Source: an uncultured Christensenella sp. (GTDB lineage: Bacteria; Bacillota; Clostridia; Christensenellales; UBA1242). From it: a DNA stretch of 64,000 nt. Position 1 is the first letter of the stretch. Each line of letters begins with the position of its first letter. The translations under genes and the position numbers were made by a program. The notes beneath the pieces are model-generated. The model was not told the origin of the DNA and did not search any database. It worked only from the letters and a program-made list of their open reading frames with translations. This document shows, piece after piece, positions 57,037 through 64,000 of the stretch. Location of the stretch: assembly GCA_964387705.1 (NCBI GenBank), contig CAYLWT010000001.1, positions 35,874 to 99,873 of the forward strand. The letters are read 5' to 3'.

Positions 57037-59385
57037 ATGGAAGAAAACAAAAAAACTATTGTGGGCTTGACCAGTGAGGAAGTTAAGGACAGGTGTAGAA
57101 GTGGACTTAACAATACCACCCTCACCAAAACTTCAAAAACGTATGCTCAAATATTTTTTGGAAACCTTTGTACATGGTTTAATTTGATTTGCTTTATCAT
57201 TGCAGGTTTGCTTATCTACATTGGCAGTTATGAGAACATATCCTTTATTGTTGTGTTTATAGCAAATTTAACCATTGGGCTTGTTCAAGAAATAAAAGCG
57301 AAAAAAACGGTTGATAGAATCTCTGTCATCAACGTTGCAAAGGTTGACGTTCTTCGTGATGGCAAACATCAAATGATAGAAACCGATGATGTTGTTGTTG
57401 ATGACGTTTTGACCCTTCATTCTGGGGAACAAGTTTGTGCAGACCTTGTTGTGCTTGAAGGAACTGTGCTTGCAAATGAAAGTTTGCTTACAGGTGAAAG
57501 CAAGCCCATAAAGAAAAATGTTGGAGACACGTTGCTTGGGGGAAGTTATATTGTTAATGGCGAATGTGTGGCAAAAGCCGAAAAAGTTGGCATGGAAACC
57601 TACAGTTCAAAATTAATCAAAAAGGCTCGTCAACTTAAAGCAAACCAAAGTGATATTTTAAAAACGTTGAATTTTTTGATAAAAGTTATTGGATTTTTGC
57701 TCCTTCCTTTGGGGATTTGTACCTTTCTTGATGCATATAGCAACGGCACAGTAAATGATGCCATAAAGGGAACAGCAGGTTCAATTATCGGAATGATGCC
57801 TGTGGGGATGTATCTTCTCACCTCAGTGTCATTGGTTGTTGGGGTTTTGAATCTTGCAAAAAAAAGAACTCTTGTGCAAGACTTGTATTCCATAGAAACA
57901 TTGGCACGAGTAAATGTTTTGTGTCTTGATAAAACGGGAACTCTTACAGATGGAACAATGTCAGTGAAAAATGTTATTCCGTTTAAATTTCCAAGTGCAA
58001 AAGTTTTTGAAATTATGCAAAGTTATGTCAAAGCCACAAAAACCAAGAATTCCACTGCGATTGCTCTTGACAAATTTTTTTGGATAGAAGAAAGCAAAAC
58101 TGTTCAGCCAGAGGAAGTTATGGAGTTTAGTAGTGAGGTAAAATTTTCTGCAGTGAAGTTTGATACGTTGGGAACATATATGTTGGGGGCTCCCGAATTC
58201 GTGACAAACGAAGTTGATTCTGAAACATCTCAAACAATAAAAGCCTTAACACAAGACGGGTATCGTGTTGTTATGCTTTGCAAGTCAAATGATGAACATG
58301 TCGGTGAAACTATGAGCAAAAGTAACACCCCATTAGCACTCATTGTTATAGAGGACAACATTCGTCCAGATGCAAAATCTACAATTGAATGGTTCAACAG
58401 AAATGATGTTGAAGTGAAAATAATTTCAGGGGACAATGTTGACACGGTCAGCAATATTTCAAAAAAAGTTGGCGTAAAAAATTATGACAAATGTATAAGT
58501 CTTGAAAAAGTATCTGACGAAGAACTTGAACAAATTGCTTTAAATTACACTGTTTTTGGCAGAGTTACCCCTGAGCAAAAAAGTATAATTGTAAAAGCCC
58601 TTAGAGCCAACGGAAACAAGGTCGCCATGACGGGTGACGGAGTAAACGACATTTTAGCTTTAAAGGAAGCGGATTGCTCCATAGCAATGGCAAGCGGAAG
58701 CGAAGCCACCAGAAGTTCTAGCAATATTATTATGATGGACAATAATTTTTCCTCCATGCCGAACATTGTTTCAGAGGGAAGACGTGTTATAAACAACATC
58801 TCAAAAGCATCTTCGCTTTTCTTAACTAAAACATTTTTCGCCATATTTTTGACCATTTTTGCAATTCTTTCGCCAAAGCATAGTTATCCACTTGAACCAA
58901 ATCAAATTTTAATTTGGGAAACAGCGTTCATTGGAATTCCTGCATTTTTCCTAGCACTTCAACCAAGCAAAGAAAGAGTCAAGGGTTCGTTTTTGTCAAG
59001 TCTTTCCTCAAAAACGCTTCCAGGTGCAGTCGTTTTGTTTTTGTCTAGTATGGCATGTTATGTATTTTGTGCAATAACAAATCAGCAGGAACTTATTTCA
59101 ACACTAATTTCCCTCTGTGCGACATTTGGAGCATTCTTTGTTTTGCTCAACATCAGTTTGCCGCTTGACAAATTTAGAGCAATCGTAGTGTTTTCAATGT
59201 TACTTCTTGCAGTGATTTCCTATGCAGTTATTCCAAAAGAATTCTTTAAATATGGCACCCTTGGCACAAGAGAACTTGTGTTTCTAGGAATAACATTGTT
59301 CTTCATCTACCTATTGTATATTGCCTTGCGTTGGGTGTTTGAAAAGATATTCTATTTTAAGCGAAAAGACAAAAAGAGAGCATAA
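57037..59385 (+). CDS. Cation-translocating P-type ATPase (HAD superfamily), specificity unknown
   Basis: Phosphorylation site CLDKTGTLTDG; TGES actuator motif (LLTGESKP); hinge MTGDGVNDILALKEADCSIAM; ten predicted TM helices. The TM4 motif reads MPVGMY rather than PEGL or CPC. Confidence 0.9.
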   Translation: MEENKKTIVGLTSEEVKDRCRSGLNNTTLTKTSKTYAQIFFGNLCTWFNLICFIIAGLLIYIGSYENISFIVVFIANLTIGLVQEIKAKKTVDRISVINVAKVDVLRDGKHQMIETDDVVVDDVLTLHSGEQVCADLVVLEGTVLANESLLTGESKPIKKNVGDTLLGGSYIVNGECVAKAEKVGMETYSSKLIKKARQLKANQSDILKTLNFLIKVIGFLLLPLGICTFLDAYSNGTVNDAIKGTAGSIIGMMPVGMYLLTSVSLVVGVLNLAKKRTLVQDLYSIETLARVNVLCLDKTGTLTDGTMSVKNVIPFKFPSAKVFEIMQSYVKATKTKNSTAIALDKFFWIEESKTVQPEEVMEFSSEVKFSAVKFDTLGTYMLGAPEFVTNEVDSETSQTIKALTQDGYRVVMLCKSNDEHVGETMSKSNTPLALIVIEDNIRPDAKSTIEWFNRNDVEVKIISGDNVDTVSNISKKVGVKNYDKCISLEKVSDEELEQIALNYTVFGRVTPEQKSIIVKALRANGNKVAMTGDGVNDILALKEADCSIAMASGSEATRSSSNIIMMDNNFSSMPNIVSEGRRVINNISKASSLFLTKTFFAIFLTIFAILSPKHSYPLEPNQILIWETAFIGIPAFFLALQPSKERVKGSFLSSLSSKTLPGAVVLFLSSMACYVFCAITNQQELISTLISLCATFGAFFVLLNISLPLDKFRAIVVFSMLLLAVISYAVIPKEFFKYGTLGTRELVFLGITLFFIYLLYIALRWVFEKIFYFKRKDKKRA

Positions 59386-59390
59386 AATAA

Positions 59391-59415
59391 AAGTCCCATT
59401 TATTTGGGGCTTTTT
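59391..59415. terminator. Terminator hairpin between the convergent ATPase and rubrerythrin genes
   Basis: AAGTCCCA-TTTATT-TGGGGCTT hairpin followed by TTTG on the plus strand. A T-rich tract follows on the minus strand as well. Confidence 0.65.
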
Positions 59416-59417
59416 GT

Positions 59418-60008
59418 TTATTTTTTATCAAGCATATCCAGTGTAATATAATTTTGGTCAAGGTCGCAAAGTGGGCAACTTTTAAACGCCTCTTTCCCAA
59501 GATGAGTGTGTCCACAATGGTCGCATTTCCAAGTCATTTCTTTGCTAGAAGAGTAAAGCTCTTTTGACTTTAATTTGTTGTATAGATCATCAAGAATCAT
59601 AAAATGATCGTTTTCTACAAGAGCAATAAGTTTAAATTTCTCCGCGATATCACAAAACCCTTCGTCCTCGGCGATCTTTGCAAAACTCGGGTAGATTGTT
59701 GTGTTTTCGCTTTTTTCGTTGTTTGAAGCAGATTTTATAAGTTGTAACAAATTGCCATTTTCAAAAGGATATCCAGCCTTAATTTCAATATTTTTTTGTG
59801 GTTGGGAGGCATATTTCCCCAGCAAATCCCAAAAAACTTTTGCATGAGCCATCTCATTTTTTGCAAGTTTTTTAAATAAAATTTGTATGTTATTTTTTTC
59901 CTCCTTTGTTGCTTTTTGAGCAATAAATTGATATCTTGCTCCGCCTTGACATTCGCCTGCAAAAGAACGTGCAAGGTTTATTTTTGTTTGTGATGATTCA
60001 AAATCCAT
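59418..60008 (-). CDS. rbr: Rubrerythrin (ferritin-like diiron domain plus C-terminal rubredoxin-like CxxC...CxxC)
   Basis: ARSFAGECQGGARYQFIAQKA...NEMAHAKVFWDLL...WKCDHCGHTH...CPLCDL. ATG 60008 follows AAGGAG; the listed TTG at 60029 contains that RBS and is rejected. Confidence 0.85.
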   Translation of the reverse strand: MDFESSQTKINLARSFAGECQGGARYQFIAQKATKEEKNNIQILFKKLAKNEMAHAKVFWDLLGKYASQPQKNIEIKAGYPFENGNLLQLIKSASNNEKSENTTIYPSFAKIAEDEGFCDIAEKFKLIALVENDHFMILDDLYNKLKSKELYSSSKEMTWKCDHCGHTHLGKEAFKSCPLCDLDQNYITLDMLDKK

Positions 60009-60250
60009 ATTATTTCTCCTTAACGCCAATTTTTGTCATTTTTACAAAAAATATACACCAAAAAAATAGGTTGCAGATTGTTGAACACATTACAATAAAA
60101 CACACCACAAAATAGAATTTTTACAAATAATTAAAAAATGTCTAATTTTTTCTAGAAAGTTCATAATTTTTATGCATTTTGACAAAATTTGTTGGCACTT
60201 TTATTTGTATTTTTGCCAAATATCTATTAAAATAATATATGGAGTAAAAT

Positions 60251-61024
60251 ATGCTAAATATACTAAAACAAGAAAGAAGATACACTGTTTTTGACAGCAC
60301 AACCTATTCTCATTTGCTAAGGCTTCTTGGCACAATGACAACATATACCATGGACGACATAACAAGGGATGTTGTTGTGGATTATTATTATGACAATTCC
60401 GCAAGTCTGCTCGAAAAAAATGAATTGCTTTTACGCAAACGTGTTTGTAGGGGAAAGGCTCAACTGAAAATTAAAAGACGATATTTTAGTCCACAATTCT
60501 ATTATTCCGACAATCTTCGCAGTCATGAGAGAGAAAAAGAAGTTGGGGTGTATGACAGCCTTTCAAAGCATTATTTTTTCTTAAACAATGCCTTAAATTC
60601 AATGTTTTCAACAACACTTCAGTTTGACCCCGACAAACTTTTTGCACAAATGAAAGTTGTTATGATAATCAAATCTAATCAAGAAACACGCAAACTTTTT
60701 GGTTATGGCGGACTTAAGGTGGAAATTAAACAAGAGAAATTGAAAATTACGAACAAAAAAACAGGTAGGAAAAATAAATCGGAAATTGTTCAATTCAAAT
60801 TGTTGTCCAATGATGAAACTTTGCCTCTTTTTGAAGATTTGATAACTAAAATTGAAAGACACTGCAAAGAACTTTTCTACACACAAGACAGCAAATATGA
60901 GGTGTGTTATAAAGTGACAAAACCTCTTCCAACCAAAGAAGAATTGAAAAAAATGAAAGAAGAATTTGAACGTAAAAAACAGATGGAAGAATCTGCCGAG
61001 AATTACAGTGGAGGGAATAAATGA
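60251..61024 (+). CDS. CYTH-like (triphosphate tunnel) domain protein with a degenerate N-terminal ExExK motif and a K/E-rich tail
   Basis: The pattern ...YYYDNSASLLEKNELLLRKRVCRGKAQLKIKRR...SHEREKEVGV... resembles CYTH strands, but the N-terminal motif is KQERRY rather than ExExK. GGAG RBS. Confidence 0.45.
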   Translation: MLNILKQERRYTVFDSTTYSHLLRLLGTMTTYTMDDITRDVVVDYYYDNSASLLEKNELLLRKRVCRGKAQLKIKRRYFSPQFYYSDNLRSHEREKEVGVYDSLSKHYFFLNNALNSMFSTTLQFDPDKLFAQMKVVMIIKSNQETRKLFGYGGLKVEIKQEKLKITNKKTGRKNKSEIVQFKLLSNDETLPLFEDLITKIERHCKELFYTQDSKYEVCYKVTKPLPTKEELKKMKEEFERKKQMEESAENYSGGNK

Positions 61025-61947
61025 AAAATTATTATGTCATTATTGATGCCGACCCAGGAATTGACGATTCAATGGCAATTATGACTGCACTAAACAGCGA
61101 CAAAATTGAAGTGAAACTTATTTCTACCGTTGCTGGGAATATGCCTATTGAAGAAATAATGAAAAATACACTAAAACTTGTGGAACTTTTTGGGAAAGCC
61201 GTTCCCGTTGCACAAGGAGCAAGCGAACCACTAGAACGCCAACCATGTTATGCTCACTCTGCTCAAGGAGATTTTGGTTTGGGGGGATATAAGGTGAAAA
61301 ATGTCAAACTAAAACCCTTTGTCCTAAAAAGTCCTGATGCGATTCACTATTTTCTTTGTGAAAATTCTGCAAGGAATACAACAATTCTTTGCACGGGGCC
61401 AATGACCAACATTGCAAATCTTCTCACCAAATATCCAGAAGCCAAAGATATGATTTCTCGAATTGTTTTCATGGGGGGGAGCAAAGATGAGGATGGCTCC
61501 ACGGTGCCATACAAAGAGTTTAACATTGCTTTTGACCCAGAAGCAATGAAAATTGTTCTTGATAGCAACATTCCACTTGTAATGGTGCCAATGGAACTTG
61601 GGCATTTTGCCTATCTCACACCAGAAGAACAACAAAAAATTCGCAGAGCGAACTCTCTTGGCGAAGTATTCTACAAAATGTTTACTAAATACAATGATTA
61701 TCATGTGGGCAAACTTGGTGCGGCAGTGCATGATAGTTGTGGTGCAATGTATCTTACCAATCCAGAAATTTTTCACACTGAGCCTGCAGAACTTTCCATT
61801 GAATATTGCAAGGACAATGAGGGCAATGATTATGGTTATATAAAATGTGATATGCAATCAAACAATCCAAATGCAAGTGTGTGTGTGGACATGGACGTGG
61901 AAACCTTCAAAAAACTTCTTTATGGGAGTTTGTTCAACTATAATTAG
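61021..61947 (+). CDS. Inosine-uridine-preferring nucleoside hydrolase family protein
   Basis: N-terminal aspartate cluster VIIDADPGIDDSMAIMTAL. 308 aa. The start overlaps the upstream stop (ATGA). Confidence 0.85.
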   Translation: MKNYYVIIDADPGIDDSMAIMTALNSDKIEVKLISTVAGNMPIEEIMKNTLKLVELFGKAVPVAQGASEPLERQPCYAHSAQGDFGLGGYKVKNVKLKPFVLKSPDAIHYFLCENSARNTTILCTGPMTNIANLLTKYPEAKDMISRIVFMGGSKDEDGSTVPYKEFNIAFDPEAMKIVLDSNIPLVMVPMELGHFAYLTPEEQQKIRRANSLGEVFYKMFTKYNDYHVGKLGAAVHDSCGAMYLTNPEIFHTEPAELSIEYCKDNEGNDYGYIKCDMQSNNPNASVCVDMDVETFKKLLYGSLFNYN

Positions 61948-61955
61948 GAGAAAAT

Positions 61956-63227
61956 GTGAAAAAATTAAAATATATCTTAACCTCTATCTTCCTTGTGTTT
62001 GTCAGTCTTTTTGCTTGTGGATGCAGAGCAGTGACACTTCAAACAGAACTCAATTCCGCAGGGCAAGTTCGTTGTACATTGGACATTAGTCTATCTGGAC
62101 TAACAAACCCCCAACGAAAAAATCTTTATGAACTGCTTGTAAAATATAGTGACAGTTTGTATAATGCTTATGAGGAAAACCTCATAACTTTGTATGGAAA
62201 TGTCTATAATTATGAAGAATTGAATCTTGACACTCCGCAAAAGCAATTTAACTATGTCATAACACAAAATACAAAATTTTTAACCAGTGACAATTTTGAA
62301 ATTGAACCAAAGAAAAATTGGGCGACTCCAAATGATTTTTCTTCTTACGAAAACTTTTCCATACAAATGTCTTTTGCCAGTATATATGGCTACATAATGT
62401 TCTTTTGTCCAAAGACTTTTACTTATGATTTATCAAGCAACGCTGTTGTTATTGACAGGGACGTTTACACCTCACTATCTGACACTCCGGTAAGCGTTTT
62501 GGATTATGAAACAGTTGAAAAAACATTTACTGTCACATATCTTGAAACTTGTGCTCCATTCTACTATAATTTGCAAGAACCTTATCTTGTGGAGGATATA
62601 CAAATTTCCTCAAAGGTTGAAAAATATTCCGCGAGTGAAAAACTTGTTGACGTGGTGTGCGACCTTTTGGGTGTTGACAGCAAAGATGCAGAATATATTT
62701 TTGGCTTTTCAACCCCATATGAACGCTTGCATGCAGATGGTACAAAAAATGATGATGGCACATATGTTTGGAATTTTGGCAATAACATTTCAGGCACAGT
62801 CCAACTTTGGCGAACAATCGCCAATCAAGCTCCTTGGTATATCATAAGTCTTGCATGTGGAATTTTGACCTTTGTTATTGGAGGAATAGTGTGTGTGGTT
62901 GTAAAACGCAAAAAGACCAAAAAAGGAATGACTGCCCTTCAAAATATTCAACAGTTTGTTAAAATAAACGATGTTAATGCCGATGAAGACCAAAACATAT
63001 TTCAAAATAACAAAGATATTTCAAAAAATAACGAAGAAATTAATTTTTCGGTTGAAAACAATAAAAATGATGACGAAGATGTAGAAAAAAATGAAATTTT
63101 GCAGGAAAATTGGGGGAATGGAGAATTGCACGATGAAGTGCAAAAAGCGCTTGGAGAAAAAGAAAAAAAGTTGACAAATAAGAGAACGAGAACAACAAAA
63201 AAGTCAAAAAAAATTGAAAAGGAATAA
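61956..63227 (+). CDS. Hypothetical lipoprotein with an additional C-terminal TM helix and a charged tail
   Basis: GTG start 5 nt after AGGAG. Signal peptide plus lipobox: MKKLKYILTSIFLVFVSLFA|C. Late TM helix (WYIISLACGILTFVIGGIVCVVV) followed by a K/E/N-rich tail. Confidence 0.65.
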   Translation: MKKLKYILTSIFLVFVSLFACGCRAVTLQTELNSAGQVRCTLDISLSGLTNPQRKNLYELLVKYSDSLYNAYEENLITLYGNVYNYEELNLDTPQKQFNYVITQNTKFLTSDNFEIEPKKNWATPNDFSSYENFSIQMSFASIYGYIMFFCPKTFTYDLSSNAVVIDRDVYTSLSDTPVSVLDYETVEKTFTVTYLETCAPFYYNLQEPYLVEDIQISSKVEKYSASEKLVDVVCDLLGVDSKDAEYIFGFSTPYERLHADGTKNDDGTYVWNFGNNISGTVQLWRTIANQAPWYIISLACGILTFVIGGIVCVVVKRKKTKKGMTALQNIQQFVKINDVNADEDQNIFQNNKDISKNNEEINFSVENNKNDDEDVEKNEILQENWGNGELHDEVQKALGEKEKKLTNKRTRTTKKSKKIEKE

Positions 63228-63230
63228 AAA

Positions 63231-63527
63231 ATGTCAAGAAAATTGGATAAAAAAACCGCAAGGCAAGTTATGGATACAAAGGCAATGATTTATCAGTATG
63301 CAAAAAGAGTGGGGATAATTGCACTTGTGTCACTTCCTATAATTTTATTTATAAATTATTTTCTAGCCAACGAAGTTTCAGGATACACAACTGTTCTTCA
63401 GGTTTTATGCACAATTTTGATGTTTGGATTTTCACTTTTCCTTGGGTTTATAATCTTTTCAAAACAGGATAAAAAACGCAGGGAGATGGAAACGAAAGAG
63501 TCAGCGAGGGACCCGTTTGCAGATTAA
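63231..63527 (+). CDS. Hypothetical two-TM membrane protein
   Basis: 98-aa ORF starting 3 nt after the previous stop. Two hydrophobic helices. Confidence 0.55.
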   Translation: MSRKLDKKTARQVMDTKAMIYQYAKRVGIIALVSLPIILFINYFLANEVSGYTTVLQVLCTILMFGFSLFLGFIIFSKQDKKRREMETKESARDPFAD

Positions 63528-63530
63528 CTC

Positions 63531-63559
63531 TTGACTACTTGCCACTTTTGTTGGATAAT
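63531..63559 (+). promoter_or_regulatory. Putative dnaB promoter
   Basis: TTGACT-N17-GATAAT, 22 nt upstream of ATG 63582. Confidence 0.45.
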
Positions 63560-63581
63560 AAGATTACTAAAAGGATAAATT

Positions 63582-64000
63582 ATGGAAAACGATAAACTAA
63601 AAGCAAAAAAATTAGCACGAGTTTCACCAAACAGTTTGGAAGCAGAGCAATCTGTTTTGGGCTGTTGTCTTTTGGATGAAAATTCTGCCTTTTCCATTGT
63701 GTCAAATCTTTCGCCAGATGATTTTTACACCGAAGCACACAAGACAATTTTTGAGTGCATGCAGGAAATTTTTAGACAAAACAAGCCTATTGATTATGTA
63801 ACCCTTACAGATGAACTTGACAGGCGTGGCCTTATGGAAAGTGTTGGCGGAATTGATTACATTGCAATGCTAACGAACATTGTTCCAAGTGCGAGCAACT
63901 CAAAACATTATGTGGACATTGTAAGACGTGATTCGCTTTTAAGAAAACTCATTCATGCCAGCCAAGACATAATTGACAAAGCTTATTCGCCAGACGAATC
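63582..64000 (+). CDS. dnaB: Replicative DNA helicase DnaB (DnaC in Bacillus nomenclature), N-terminal 139 codons; runs off the window
   Basis: Not in the ORF track because there is no stop in the window. Hand translation: MENDKLKAKKLARVSPNSLEAEQSVLGCCLLDENSAFSIVSNLSPDDFYTEAHKTIFECMQEIFRQNKPIDYVTLTDELDRRGLMESVGGIDYIAMLTNIVPSASNSKHYVDIV... The PxxxEAEQSVLG motif is the canonical DnaB N-terminus. Confidence 0.9.
   Translation, partial: MENDKLKAKKLARVSPNSLEAEQSVLGCCLLDENSAFSIVSNLSPDDFYTEAHKTIFECMQEIFRQNKPIDYVTLTDELDRRGLMESVGGIDYIAMLTNIVPSASNSKHYVDIVRRDSLLRKLIHASQDIIDKAYSPDE

Overview
AT-rich bacterial chromosomal segment covering the replication-origin neighbourhood of what looks like a low-GC Firmicute, probably Clostridia-like. 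Supporting signs: HU, DegV, Jag/YidC/YidD, a yabP-yabQ-divIC cluster, TTGACA/TATAAT-type promoters, GGAGG ribosome-binding sites and the standard genetic code. All work was by eye on the sequence and the supplied ORF track; no database or structure search was possible. (1) The left third (1-21365, minus strand) holds two tandem giant genes for secreted GGA[ILV]/FxxN (chlamydial Pmp-type) beta-helix repeat proteins. One is the listed 2868-aa ORF. The other is an open frame of more than 4150 codons (complement 1..12458). It is missing from the ORF track only because it runs off the window edge, so the short ORFs listed there are shadow ORFs. (2) 21.8-44.8 kb is a single minus-strand housekeeping block: hup, degV-family, lepB, a Cys-rich repeat lipoprotein, a membrane protein, ftsH, a 945-bp ORF-free spacer, parB, parA, rsmG, mnmG, mnmE, jag, yidC, yidD, rnpA, rpmH, an orphan 314-aa gene, dnaN, dnaA, recF. 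The spacer carries an inverted DnaA-box pair, a 13-mer direct repeat and three parS-like sites. (3) From 45.2 kb the genes switch to the plus strand (gyrB, gyrA, yabP, yabQ, divIC-like). A mixed-orientation housekeeping set follows: an MFS-like transporter, queH, an ADP-ribosylglycohydrolase, tRNA-Val, pyk, TetR plus a P-type ATPase, rubrerythrin, a CYTH-like protein plus a nucleoside hydrolase, two membrane proteins, and the 5' end of dnaB. No CRISPR array, transposase, integrase, rRNA or obvious prophage content was seen. Most worth a second look: the giant Pmp-type gene pair, the non-canonical origin gene order (recF-dnaA-dnaN co-oriented with rpmH-rnpA, DnaA boxes concentrated in the dnaA-dnaN spacer), the 945-bp DnaA-box/parS spacer, and the orphan gene after dnaN with a clamp-motif-like acidic C-terminal tail.
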